Below are positions 18,506-28,689 of a stretch of 64,000 nt of DNA, piece by piece. Within the stretch, counting starts at the first letter, position 1; each line of letters starts with the position of its first letter. Below the pieces are notes generated by a model. The model worked only from the letters and a program-made list of their open reading frames with translations, had not been told where the DNA came from and ran no database searches. Source of the DNA: Candidatus Pacearchaeota archaeon (GTDB lineage: Archaea > Nanobdellota > Nanobdellia > Pacearchaeales > GW2011-AR1); the NCBI GenBank assembly GCA_038885615.1, contig JAVZZP010000001.1, forward strand, positions 198,646 through 262,645. The letters are read 5' to 3'. Made by a program: the position numbers and the translations under genes.

Positions 18506-21256
18506 ATGGCAAAAAAGAAAGAAAGCGAAGAAATAAAAGAATTCTTAAAAAATTTAATAAAAAATCAAAAATTTCTTTGGGGAGTAACAATTCTTATTTT
18601 TTTAGTAATTCTTTATAGCTCTGTTTCAATAAGATTGAGTAATGTTCCAATTCTAAAAGATCAAACAACTGGAAAATATACTTCAAATGACTTAGACTCT
18701 TTGTATTTTTATAGAATAGCAGAAACAAGGTTAAAGCTAGGTTATTTACCTGAATTAGATGAACTGAGAAGTCCTGGTTACAATATAGAGTGGATTCCTG
18801 AACTTATCGATGATTATTTAATCTGGAACTATAAAATATTAAGAATTTTTAATCCCGAGATAACTTTTGATTATGCGGCAACAATTTCTGCACCAATATT
18901 TTTTGCTATAGGATTAATTTTGTTTTTCATTCTTTCTTATTTATTAACAAAATCAAAAATCGCTAGTTTAATAGGAAGTGCTTTTTTAGCTTTTGCTCCA
19001 GGTTTTTTATTTAGAAGTATTGCTGGTTTTTATGATCACGACCATATAGGAGTATTTGCGATTTTTGCCTTAATGATTGGGCTTTATTTTTCTTTAAAAA
19101 ACTATGAAAAAAATTGGAAAAATTCTTTATTGTATGGGGTTTTATGCGGTTTTTTAACTGCTTTGGTTTTAGTTTCGTGGGGCGGAGCAATAACTTTTGT
19201 CTTGGTTTTCTTTCCTTTAACTATGCTTTTACATTATTTATTTAATTCTGAAAAAAAAGAAAATTTTTTCTTGTTTTATTTTATTTGGATTGTTTTTTCT
19301 GTTATTTTTACTCCAATTCTAGGAAGCAAAGCAGAGTATATGTATTCCAGGTTTTTAGATAGTCAGGGAGTATTAGTTTTGTTTGTTTTTGTTTTTTCTA
19401 TTATTGATTTTCTTTTTTTGAAGTACAAAGAAAAAATAAAATTTTTAAAAATTAAAGAAAATTATTTTCATTTTTATTCTCTTGGGGTTAGTGCTATTCT
19501 TGGAATTATTGGTTTGGTTGCAATAGGAAAACACCCTATTCAAATGTTTAGAAGGGCCTGGGCGACATTAATTTATCCTTTCTTTGGGGATTTTGGTGGA
19601 AGACTTGGAACCACGGTAGCTGAAAACGCTCAACCGCACTTAGTTGATTTAATAAACCAAAATGGGCAGATATTGTTTTTATTTTTTCTTATTGGTTTAA
19701 TCTTTGTCTGTGCTAATCTAAGTTTAAATTCTAAGAGCATAAAAACCAAAATAGCTTTTTCTGGATCAAGTATGCTGTTGCTTTTTGGAATTCTTTTTTC
19801 AAGAATTTCTGACAGTAGTTTGCTTAATGGAGAGAATTTTATAAGCCAGGCGCTTTATGCTATTAGCGGGGTTGTCTTCTTAACTTTCTTATTTTATATT
19901 TCTTCAAAAGAGAGGTTTAAGATTTCGATTGACGAAGTAATCTTGTTTGCTCTTGCTGTAACTGTAGCTATGAATGCGAGGGCAGCTATAAGAAGCTTTT
20001 TCTTAATAACTCCTTTTATTTGTTTGATAGCGGCCGACGGAATTTCAGAGTTTATAAAAAGAATAAAGAAAAAAGAAGACAAAGAAATAAAATACATTTA
20101 TTTTAGTGTTGTTTTAATAACAATAATTTTATCATATGTCTATATTTTTGGCGTTCCTTTTGTCCAAGGAAATTTAAGCTTCGGAATTTATGAAATTTCA
20201 AAAATCCAAGCATCTAGAATTGGGCCTTCTGCAAATATTCAGTGGCAAAATGCGATGAAATGGGTTAGAGAAAACACAAATGAAAAAGACATTTTTACTC
20301 ACTGGTGGGATTATGGTTATTTTATACAAACTTTGGCCAACAGGCCAACCGTAACAGACGGGGGGCATTCTGGCGGAGACCACACAGACCATTATAACGG
20401 AAGATATTTATTGACAACTCCAAATCCAAAAACAGCTTTAAGCTATATGAAAACTTGGAATGTTTCTTATTTGCTAATTGACCCAACCGAGATGGGAAAA
20501 TATGGTGCTTTCTCAAAAATAGGAAGCAATGATTCTTGGGATAGAGTTTCAGCGGGAATTTTTGGAGGTCCGTTAGATGAAAGACAAACTCAGGAAACAT
20601 CAAAAGGAGAAATAAGGGTTTATCAATTAGGAGGTTGTGTTGATGGAGATATTTCTTTTGAAACAGATAATGGCTCAAAAGTTTTCATTCCAGGAATAAC
20701 TGTAACAAAAACACAACAAATGGTTTGCAATGCTTATGTTGCAGGAGTTATTGTTGAGATTGAAAATTTAGGAAATTTCAGTTCTATAAAACAGCCAACA
20801 GCAGTTTTCTTTTATAATAACAAACAACATAGAATCCCAATAAAACACATTTACAGAGATGGAGAAATATTCTCTTTTGAGAAAGGCATTGATTCTTTGA
20901 TTTATTTTATACCTTTAATAGATGAAAAACAAGGAAAAATCGTTGATAGCGGTGCGATAATTTATCTATCTCCACGAACATTTAATAGCTTAATGGGAAG
21001 ACTTTACATTTTAAATGATCCTTATAACGAATATCCTACAATAAAAAAAGCTCATTTTGAGGATGATCCTGTTGTTGCATATTTCAAGCAGTTTTATCCC
21101 GGTTTAAATGAATTTATTTGGTATCAAGGAATAAGAGCTCCTCTAAAAATATGGAAAGTTGAATATCCCGAAGATACGCCAGTCTATAAAGAATTTTTAG
21201 ATCCAGACTACTTTATTAAAAATGGATTTGGGGGTATGGATAAATTTTTTGAGTAA
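18506..21256 (+). CDS. aglB: archaeal oligosaccharyltransferase AglB/STT3
   Basis: WWDYGY motif (THWWDYGYFIQ); 13-TM N-terminal domain plus a large C-terminal soluble domain. Confidence 0.9.
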   Translation: MAKKKESEEIKEFLKNLIKNQKFLWGVTILIFLVILYSSVSIRLSNVPILKDQTTGKYTSNDLDSLYFYRIAETRLKLGYLPELDELRSPGYNIEWIPELIDDYLIWNYKILRIFNPEITFDYAATISAPIFFAIGLILFFILSYLLTKSKIASLIGSAFLAFAPGFLFRSIAGFYDHDHIGVFAIFALMIGLYFSLKNYEKNWKNSLLYGVLCGFLTALVLVSWGGAITFVLVFFPLTMLLHYLFNSEKKENFFLFYFIWIVFSVIFTPILGSKAEYMYSRFLDSQGVLVLFVFVFSIIDFLFLKYKEKIKFLKIKENYFHFYSLGVSAILGIIGLVAIGKHPIQMFRRAWATLIYPFFGDFGGRLGTTVAENAQPHLVDLINQNGQILFLFFLIGLIFVCANLSLNSKSIKTKIAFSGSSMLLLFGILFSRISDSSLLNGENFISQALYAISGVVFLTFLFYISSKERFKISIDEVILFALAVTVAMNARAAIRSFFLITPFICLIAADGISEFIKRIKKKEDKEIKYIYFSVVLITIILSYVYIFGVPFVQGNLSFGIYEISKIQASRIGPSANIQWQNAMKWVRENTNEKDIFTHWWDYGYFIQTLANRPTVTDGGHSGGDHTDHYNGRYLLTTPNPKTALSYMKTWNVSYLLIDPTEMGKYGAFSKIGSNDSWDRVSAGIFGGPLDERQTQETSKGEIRVYQLGGCVDGDISFETDNGSKVFIPGITVTKTQQMVCNAYVAGVIVEIENLGNFSSIKQPTAVFFYNNKQHRIPIKHIYRDGEIFSFEKGIDSLIYFIPLIDEKQGKIVDSGAIIYLSPRTFNSLMGRLYILNDPYNEYPTIKKAHFEDDPVVAYFKQFYPGLNEFIWYQGIRAPLKIWKVEYPEDTPVYKEFLDPDYFIKNGFGGMDKFFE

Positions 21257-21259
21257 AAG

Positions 21260-21601
21260 ATGGAAAAATATCTTCTCTATTTATTGGTTCTTTTTTGTGC
21301 TTTGCTTGGTTCATTAGGGCAGACTTTTTTTAAAATAGCCTCAAAAGATTTTTCTTTTAGTTTTAATGGGCTTTTTTTAAACTTTCATTTGATTTTAGGA
21401 ATTATCTTTTATGGAACTTCTGCCCTGCTTTTTGTTTATTCATTGAAATTTGGAGAATTATCAATTCTATATCCGATTATTGCAACTAGCTATATTTTTG
21501 TAACTATTCTTTCTTTTATAGTTTTTAAAGAGAGTTTAAACTTATATAAAATATTAGGTGTTTTAGCTATAATTTTCGGAATTTGGCTCATAACAAAATG
21601 A
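21260..21601 (+). CDS. small 4-TM EamA/SMR-like membrane protein (ArnE/F- or GtrA-like flippase candidate)
   Basis: 113 aa; LGSLGQTFFKIASK motif. Its 3' end overlaps the start of the downstream GT2 gene. Confidence 0.45.
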   Translation: MEKYLLYLLVLFCALLGSLGQTFFKIASKDFSFSFNGLFLNFHLILGIIFYGTSALLFVYSLKFGELSILYPIIATSYIFVTILSFIVFKESLNLYKILGVLAIIFGIWLITK

Positions 21602-22269
21602 AAAAGGTTTCTATAATAATTCCTGTTTATAATGAAGAAAAAACAATAAAAAAAGTTTTAGAAGATGTTTTAAAACTAAAATTAAAAAAAGAAATAATCG
21701 TAATAAATGATGGAAGTAAAGATAATACCTTAAAAGAATTAAGAAAATTTAGTAAAAAAATAATTGTTGTCTCTTATAAAAAAAATAAGGGAAAAGGATA
21801 TGCATTAAGAAAAGGAATAGAAAAAGCAGTAGGGGATTTTATTGTGTTTCAAGATGCAGATTTAGAATATAATCCTAAAGATATCCCCTCTTTAATTAAA
21901 GAGTTAGAAAAAGAGAAAGTTGTTTATGGTTCTAGATTTTTAAAGAAAAATAAGAAAGGTTGTTTAGCAAATTATTTAGCTAATATTTTTCTTTCTTTTT
22001 TGACTTCTTTATTTTATTGGCAAAGAGTAACTGATATGGAAACAGGATATAAAGCATTTAGGAAAGAAGTTTTAAAAGAATTGAATCTTGTTTCGGATGG
22101 GTTTGAAATAGAGCCAGAAATAACCTCAAAAATTTTAAAAAAAAGAATTAAGATAAAAGAAATTCCAATAGAGTATCTTCCAAGAACAAAAAAAGAAGGC
22201 AAAAAAATAAAATTTATTGATGGAATAAAAGCTGTTTTTGCTTTGATAAAATGGAGAATAAAAAATTAA
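21583..22269 (+). CDS. GT2 polyprenyl-phosphate glycosyltransferase (GtrB/DPM1/ArnC-like)
   Basis: IIIPVYNEE, DGSKDNT and QDADL (DXD) motifs. Confidence 0.8.
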   Translation: MAHNKMKKVSIIIPVYNEEKTIKKVLEDVLKLKLKKEIIVINDGSKDNTLKELRKFSKKIIVVSYKKNKGKGYALRKGIEKAVGDFIVFQDADLEYNPKDIPSLIKELEKEKVVYGSRFLKKNKKGCLANYLANIFLSFLTSLFYWQRVTDMETGYKAFRKEVLKELNLVSDGFEIEPEITSKILKKRIKIKEIPIEYLPRTKKEGKKIKFIDGIKAVFALIKWRIKN

Positions 22270-23759
22270 GAAATAATTCTAAAACCTTTTATCTCCCAAA
22301 GGGTTGCATTTATTTCTCTATCTCTTAATTGCTTCTCAAAAGTTTTTATCTCTTTTGCTTTCATTTCTAATTTAACTGGAAAACCTTGTTGTGTTTGAAC
22401 TTGCAAAACAATTTTACCTTCTTTTGGATAAAAAGGATCAACTAACCATGAATGAAGATTATCTGTAAAAAAGTAAATGGTATTATTTGTCGAAAGGAGA
22501 TAATTAAAACCACTTCTATAATCTAAAATATTTTTGTCTTTAATAAAAGTTGTATAAACAACCCATTCTGGAACAACCAAAACAGCATCTTTTGGAAGAT
22601 TTTGAGAGGAATATTCTGAAATTTGTTTTATTGGGTCGTAAAAATTAAATATAATTATTTGATCTTGCTTAGGTAAAAAAACAAAAATTTGTTCGAAAGC
22701 ATATAAAAGAGTAACTAGAAAGACTATCAGATAAAAGTATTTTTTGTTTATTTTTTTTAGTCTGTTAAAAATAAAAACAAAAAATAAGGTTGAAAAAAGA
22801 ACCATAATTATTAAAACCTCACAATAAAATCTTAAAGATCTTGACCACCACCATATATGTAACAAAGTATAAACTACAAACCAAACAAAAAAGGTTGCCA
22901 ACATCTTGTTTTTATATTCTTTAAATAAAAAGATAATAAACCCTCCAATAAAAAAGATAACAAAAAAAACTCCTGCATCTTTTAACAAAAACAAGTATTC
23001 TAAAGTATGTTGAAATGTAATTCCCGTATCTCCAGAATTGTAACTATTAGCAAAAGGATTCCCAAAAACAATAAAATTTCTTAAAAACCAAGGGCCTAAA
23101 ATTAAGATAGCAATACCTATAGCAATAAATGTTTTTTTAGAAAAGAAGAAATCTTCAAAATCTTTTTTTCTTAAAAACATATAAAAAGCGATTGGAAAAA
23201 TAAGTAAAAGACCATCATAGCGAATTAATGCTGAAAAAGAAAGACATGCTGTTGCCGGAATTATTAAATTTCTTTTTTCGTAGGATTTTATAAATAAATA
23301 AAGACCGAGTGTAGAAAAAAACAAGAAAGGTATTTCAGAACAAATTAAAGTTGAATTTGCAATAAATATTGAATTGAGGGTAATTAAAAAAGAAGAAACC
23401 ATACCGCCAAATACACCAAAAAGTTCCTTTCCTATGAAGAAAGAAAGAATTATAGAAATAACTGCAAAAAAGTATATTAAGATAATGCCCAAATGCTGAT
23501 TGTTAGAAAGAAATAGTGAAAAAGGAGTTAACAAGATAGGAAGTCCTGGAGGGTATTGTGCATGAGGGTAATTACCATCTAAAGTGTATCCTTTTCCTTT
23601 AATTAAATTTTCAGATAATCTAACATACCAAAATGCGTCTTGACTTGCAGTTGAAGACCAATTAATAAAATAATAAACCCAAATTACTGAAAATCCTAAA
23701 ATAAATGATAAGAGAAAAAAATACTCTTTTTTAATAACTTTAGCAGTTTTATCTTTCAT
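22266..23759 (-). CDS. GT-C fold membrane glycosyltransferase (ArnT/PMT family 39-like)
   Basis: 497 aa with about 12 TM helices. N-terminal region resembles the PMT_2/ArnT family. Confidence 0.55.
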   Translation of the reverse strand: MKDKTAKVIKKEYFFLLSFILGFSVIWVYYFINWSSTASQDAFWYVRLSENLIKGKGYTLDGNYPHAQYPPGLPILLTPFSLFLSNNQHLGIILIYFFAVISIILSFFIGKELFGVFGGMVSSFLITLNSIFIANSTLICSEIPFLFFSTLGLYLFIKSYEKRNLIIPATACLSFSALIRYDGLLLIFPIAFYMFLRKKDFEDFFFSKKTFIAIGIAILILGPWFLRNFIVFGNPFANSYNSGDTGITFQHTLEYLFLLKDAGVFFVIFFIGGFIIFLFKEYKNKMLATFFVWFVVYTLLHIWWWSRSLRFYCEVLIIMVLFSTLFFVFIFNRLKKINKKYFYLIVFLVTLLYAFEQIFVFLPKQDQIIIFNFYDPIKQISEYSSQNLPKDAVLVVPEWVVYTTFIKDKNILDYRSGFNYLLSTNNTIYFFTDNLHSWLVDPFYPKEGKIVLQVQTQQGFPVKLEMKAKEIKTFEKQLRDREINATLWEIKGFRIIS

Positions 23760-23819
23760 AGATTTAATAATTTTGATAAATATATAAAGGTTTTTAAAAT
23801 AAAATTTTTAATATTTTAT

Positions 23820-24380
23820 ATGATAAAAAAAATTAACAAGTTTTTATCTGAAAGATTAAAATTTGTAATTTTAAAAGATTACCCAAGACATTCTGTAAGA
23901 TTTGCTAAAAAACATTTTAATAATAAAGAAATTGTTTGCATAGAAATAGACACTTTTGAAGGTTTTAATGCTAAGATCATTCTAAAAGAGTTAAATGTGA
24001 AAAGGATATATCTTATAGATCCATATGAAGAATATTCTGAATACATAAAATCTGAAAAAGATAAAAACAAAGAAAAATTATCTAAAACAGAAAAAGCTGC
24101 TAAAAAAAGATTAAAAAAATATTCTGATAAAATATTATGGATAAAAGATTATTCTAATAATGCAATTAAAAAAATAAAAGAAAAAGTTGATTTTATTTAC
24201 ATTGATGGAAACCACGAATACAAATATGTAAAAGAATATATGAATAAATACTGGCCTATAGTAAAAAAAGGAGGAATTATGGCAGGCCATGATATTGCTT
24301 CTTTTAGAGGAGTTGGACAAGCATTAATTGAATTTTGTTCAAAAAAAAAGATAGTGCCATATATTTCTAGAACCGACTGA
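23820..24380 (+). CDS. class I SAM-dependent methyltransferase (TylF/Methyltransf_24-like)
   Basis: IDGNHEYKYV...GGIMAGHDI pattern. Confidence 0.45.
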   Translation: MIKKINKFLSERLKFVILKDYPRHSVRFAKKHFNNKEIVCIEIDTFEGFNAKIILKELNVKRIYLIDPYEEYSEYIKSEKDKNKEKLSKTEKAAKKRLKKYSDKILWIKDYSNNAIKKIKEKVDFIYIDGNHEYKYVKEYMNKYWPIVKKGGIMAGHDIASFRGVGQALIEFCSKKKIVPYISRTD

Positions 24381-25270
24381 TGGATAGTGAAAAAATGAAT
24401 GAAAAAATTTGTATTGTTTCAACCGTAAGAAGCAATAAAAAAACAATTGAACAGTGGATAAATTATCATTTAAATATTGGTGTAGACAAAATTTTTTTAT
24501 TTTTAGATAAAAGAAATAAAAATATTAAGGGTTTGATAAATTTAAAAAAGAAATATGGGAAGAAAGTAAGTTTTTTTTATTCTGAAGATCATAAATCAAG
24601 TATAGAGATTAGACAAAGAAAAAATAGTATAAAAGCTTTAAAAATTGCTTTAAATGAAAATTTTGATTGGATATGTCATTTAGATATTGATGAATTAATT
24701 TATTTTAAAGAAAAAATGAAAAATAGTTTATCAAAAGTTTCAAAAAAATATGATTACATCAGGCTTCCGACCTTAGAAGCAGTTATTGAAAAAGAAAATT
24801 ATAAAAATCCTTTCTATGAGATAAAATTATTTAAAAATAACTTTTGGAAATTTTCAAAAATCTTCTTTAATGCCCATATAGCAGGAAAGTCTATAACAAG
24901 AGTTAAACCATACATAATGGATTTAGGTATTCATCAACCAAATTCAAACAAAAAACTTAAATGGACAATACTTCCTTTTAATGCCTATATACTTCATTTT
25001 TACTGTGTTAATTTTAAAGATTTTTTAGAAAAGTGGCGTTGGAGAATAGACGGATCTGGTGTCGCTAGAGAAATGGGCAAAAGAGGGGAAAGAATATTAA
25101 GTTTAATTGACAAAAAATTAAAAAAAGGGAAAATACTTGAATTAAAAGATTTCTATAAAAAAAAATTTATCTCACCAAAAAAATTTAACAATTTATTAAC
25201 TTTATTAAGAGTATACAAAAATATAGAATTAAACAGAAAATTATTCTTATGGAAAAATATGACTTCTTAA
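24380..25270 (+). CDS. GT-A fold glycosyltransferase-like protein
   Basis: HLDIDELI (DXD-like) and a nucleotide-sugar transferase-like N-terminus. Confidence 0.35.
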   Translation: MDSEKMNEKICIVSTVRSNKKTIEQWINYHLNIGVDKIFLFLDKRNKNIKGLINLKKKYGKKVSFFYSEDHKSSIEIRQRKNSIKALKIALNENFDWICHLDIDELIYFKEKMKNSLSKVSKKYDYIRLPTLEAVIEKENYKNPFYEIKLFKNNFWKFSKIFFNAHIAGKSITRVKPYIMDLGIHQPNSNKKLKWTILPFNAYILHFYCVNFKDFLEKWRWRIDGSGVAREMGKRGERILSLIDKKLKKGKILELKDFYKKKFISPKKFNNLLTLLRVYKNIELNRKLFLWKNMTS

Positions 25271-26355
25271 TCGTCGGGGCAGGTCCATCTGGTTGCGTTA
25301 TGGCTGAAAGACTTGCGTCTATAAGAAAAAAGATTTTAATGATAGATAAACGAGACCATATCGGTGGAAATTGTTATGATTATTATGACGATTTTGGTGT
25401 TTTGGTTCATAAATATGGACCACATTATTTCAGGGCAAAAGATAAAGTAGTAATAGATTATTTATCTAATTTTACAGAGTGGATAGAACAGAGATATAAA
25501 GTAGCTGTTTGTATAAAAGGAAAAGTTTATTCTTTTCCTATAAATAAAAAAACAATTGAACAGTTTTTTAATGTAAAACTAAAGGATGAAGAAGAAGTTA
25601 AGAGGTTTTTAGAAGAAAGAAGGCAAAAGGAAATTATAGAACCAAAAAATGCAGAAGAACAAGTTTTATCTCTCGTAGGAAAAGAAATTTACGAAGGGTT
25701 TTTTAAAGGTTATACAAAAAAACAATGGGGAATAGAACCAAAGTTTTTAGATAAAGAAGTTACTGCTAGAATCCCAATAAGGTATAATGAAAATGACGAT
25801 TATATAATAGAAGGTTTTCAAGCAATGCCAAAAGAAGGTTACACAAAAATGTTTGAAAAAATGATTTCCAATAAGAATATTAAACTTATCTTAAGTAAAA
25901 CTTATGAAAATAATTTATCAAAAATAGCAAAAAAAATTATATGGACTGGCCCAATAGATGAATATTTTAATTATAAATTTGGAAATTTACCATATAGAAG
26001 CTTAAAATTTATTTTCGCTTCTTTTAGAAAAGAGTATGTTCAAGAGATCGGACAAATAAACTATCCTGAAGAAGATATTCCCTATACAAGAATAGTAGAG
26101 ATAAAGCATGTAACTAAACAATCATGCCCAAATACCACCATATCTATTGAATTTCCTGAAGAAAGGGGCGAACCTTATTATCCAATGCCGACAAAAGAAG
26201 CAAAAGATTTATACAAAAAATACGAAGAGCTTGCAAAAAAAGAGAAAAATGTTTATTTTTTAGGAAGATTAGCAAAATATAAATACTTAAATATGGACCA
26301 GTGTATAGAGGAGGCACTAAACTTATTTGAGGAGATAAAAAATGAAACCCTCTAA
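25249..26355 (+). CDS. glf: UDP-galactopyranose mutase
   Basis: YDFLIVGAGPSGCVMAERLA (FAD-binding), IDKRDHIGGNCY and VLVHKYGPHYF motifs. Confidence 0.9.
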   Translation: MEKYDFLIVGAGPSGCVMAERLASIRKKILMIDKRDHIGGNCYDYYDDFGVLVHKYGPHYFRAKDKVVIDYLSNFTEWIEQRYKVAVCIKGKVYSFPINKKTIEQFFNVKLKDEEEVKRFLEERRQKEIIEPKNAEEQVLSLVGKEIYEGFFKGYTKKQWGIEPKFLDKEVTARIPIRYNENDDYIIEGFQAMPKEGYTKMFEKMISNKNIKLILSKTYENNLSKIAKKIIWTGPIDEYFNYKFGNLPYRSLKFIFASFRKEYVQEIGQINYPEEDIPYTRIVEIKHVTKQSCPNTTISIEFPEERGEPYYPMPTKEAKDLYKKYEELAKKEKNVYFLGRLAKYKYLNMDQCIEEALNLFEEIKNETL

Positions 26356-27229
26356 AATAAAAATATTAATTGTAGGTCATAAAGATTTTCCGTTTATAAA
26401 AGACGAGATCTATCAACCTATACAGGCAGGGAGAAGTATTTCAAAAATAAAATTACCAAAACCGTGGATAGGAGATGATACTGGAGAGAACATTTCTCAG
26501 AAAAATAGAGAATACTGTGAATTAACGGCGATGTATTGGGCCTGGAAAAATTACAAAAAAATAGGAAATCCGGATTATATAGGATTATGTCATTATAGAA
26601 GGTATTTTGCCCTAAAACCTAGAATCAATAAAAAGAATCAAATTTATTCTATTATTTATTTTTACGGAAAAAAAATTTCTGATAAGTTAAACTTGTTTTT
26701 TTTAATAAGAAAAATATATAGATACTTTTTAAAAAAAAGTATTTCTGAAGAAGAACAAAAGAAAAATTTTTCAGAATTTGAAAAAAATCACCTTGGTGAA
26801 ATAAATAAAATAAAAAAAATAATAGAGGATTATGATATTATTCTTCCAATAAGATATGAAGTTCCAAATCCTCCTATCAAAAATCATTACAATAAGTATG
26901 GAAAGGTGCATGAAGAAGATTTAAAAAAACTTGAATTTATTATAAAGAAATATTTTCCTAAAGAAAAAAAATACTTATCTATTGTACTGAAATCAAAAAG
27001 CGCATATTTTTGTAATCTTTTTATTATGAAAAAAGAAGTTTTTTGCAGATATTCAAAATGGCTATTTGAGATATTAGCAAAAGTTGAAGATTTATTAGAC
27101 CTAGAAAAAAGGGAAGGATATGATAGGCGAGCTATCGGTCTATTGGGTGAGATTCTTTTAAATGTTTGGATAGAAAAAAACAAAAAAAAATATAAAATAA
27201 AAGAAATGCCCGTAATATCTTTTAATTAA
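26342..27229 (+). CDS. DUF4422-family protein (putative galactofuranosyl transferase)
   Basis: MYWAWKNY and YIGLCHYRRYF motifs; immediately downstream of glf. Confidence 0.45.
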   Translation: MKPSKIKILIVGHKDFPFIKDEIYQPIQAGRSISKIKLPKPWIGDDTGENISQKNREYCELTAMYWAWKNYKKIGNPDYIGLCHYRRYFALKPRINKKNQIYSIIYFYGKKISDKLNLFFLIRKIYRYFLKKSISEEEQKKNFSEFEKNHLGEINKIKKIIEDYDIILPIRYEVPNPPIKNHYNKYGKVHEEDLKKLEFIIKKYFPKEKKYLSIVLKSKSAYFCNLFIMKKEVFCRYSKWLFEILAKVEDLLDLEKREGYDRRAIGLLGEILLNVWIEKNKKKYKIKEMPVISFN

Positions 27230-27232
27230 AAA

Positions 27233-28165
27233 ATGACTCGTCTCCTCAATTTCCTTCGGCAAAGACCAGAACTTTACGAAGAGCTTAGAAGAATTTATGG
27301 AAAAACAATTGGTTTTTGGTGGTTGAAAACTCTTTATCTAAAAAAAGTTGGACTTTGGAATGGAGAAAGAAGAATTAAAATCCTGGATGATAAAGAGGCA
27401 AATAAAATAATTATTGAAAAACTTAAATCAAAAGAACCTTTTATGGTTTGCCGTTATGGAAGCACGGAGTTTAGAAATCTCTTCAATGATGAACTTGAGA
27501 ATTTATGCTTTTATTCAGGTTTTTTTCCAAATGACAAAAAACTTCTTCCAAAATTTAGAAGGGTTTATTTTGAAGCATCAAAACAGATTGACTATCTTTG
27601 TGTTTGGAACTATCTAAATCATTTTAATTGGAAAAGAAAATGGATAAGAAATTTTCCGAATATAAAAGCTTTTTTTAGTTTGGGTGTTTTGAGTCATTTA
27701 GAGCCTTGGGTTAAGGCGTTGGAAGGAAAAAAAGTTCTTGTGATTCATCCTTTTGAAGAAACAATAAAAAAACAATATAAAAAGATGGGCAAACTCAAAA
27801 TTCTTCCGAAATTAAAGAAACTTGAAATAATAAAAGCAGTTCAGACTATTGCAGGAGAAAAAGACGAAAGGTTTAAAGACTGGTTTGAAGCTTTAGATTA
27901 TATGAAAAAAGAAATTGACAAAAAAGATTTCGATGTGGCTTTAATAGGTTGTGGTGCTTATGGTTTGCCTCTTGCCGCTTATGTCAAGCAAAGAGGAAAG
28001 CAAGGGATACATGTTGGCGGAGCGCTACAATACTTTTTTGGTATAAAAGCTAAAGCAATAGAAAATAAAGAAAAAGAAATGAGAATAAATAAATATTGGA
28101 CTAAACCGACTGAAGAGGAAAAACCAAAGAATTATAAAAAAATCGAAAATGGGAGGTACTGGTAA
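27233..28165 (+). CDS. GT-D type (DUF1792) glycosyltransferase
   Basis: PFMVCRYGSTEF (RxGDGE-like) and ALIGCGAYGLPLAAYVK motifs. Confidence 0.45.
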   Translation: MTRLLNFLRQRPELYEELRRIYGKTIGFWWLKTLYLKKVGLWNGERRIKILDDKEANKIIIEKLKSKEPFMVCRYGSTEFRNLFNDELENLCFYSGFFPNDKKLLPKFRRVYFEASKQIDYLCVWNYLNHFNWKRKWIRNFPNIKAFFSLGVLSHLEPWVKALEGKKVLVIHPFEETIKKQYKKMGKLKILPKLKKLEIIKAVQTIAGEKDERFKDWFEALDYMKKEIDKKDFDVALIGCGAYGLPLAAYVKQRGKQGIHVGGALQYFFGIKAKAIENKEKEMRINKYWTKPTEEEKPKNYKKIENGRYW

Positions 28166-28689
28166 TGAGAAACAGATATATTGAGATATGGAAAGAAATA
28201 AACAAAGACAAGAAGCCAATCAAAATAATTGATATTGGAGGAAGAAATGAAGAGCTCTTAAAATTTAAACCGAAAGATATTTTGTGCAAATATAAAAATT
28301 TTGATATTAAAAAGGGAGAAGATATAGAAAAAAAAATTAAGGAAAAAGAAAAATTTGATATTATAATTTTCTCACATGTAATAGAACATTTAACAGATAA
28401 AAAAACGGCCCTTATTAATATAAGAAAAATGATGCATAAAAAATCAAGATTGATTTTATTAACACCTAACTCTCTTTCTTGGAGAAGAATAATTTTTTAT
28501 ATATTTAATAAAAGAATGGAGAGTTATGGAGGTTATGAAACACATCTTTGTTGCTTTAATATAGAAGTTTTAAAAAATCTCTTAGAGAGATTTTCATTTA
28601 AAATAGAAAAAATTAAATTTTATGACTTCTTTTTACCTTTTAATTTAGGTAAGTTTTCAGAGGAAATAATGGTTGTTTGTAAAAAATGA
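28165..28689 (+). CDS. class I SAM-dependent methyltransferase (Methyltransf_11/23-like)
   Basis: IIDIGGRNEE ... IIFSHVIEHL ... LILLTPN. Confidence 0.55.
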   Translation: MRNRYIEIWKEINKDKKPIKIIDIGGRNEELLKFKPKDILCKYKNFDIKKGEDIEKKIKEKEKFDIIIFSHVIEHLTDKKTALINIRKMMHKKSRLILLTPNSLSWRRIIFYIFNKRMESYGGYETHLCCFNIEVLKNLLERFSFKIEKIKFYDFFLPFNLGKFSEEIMVVCKK

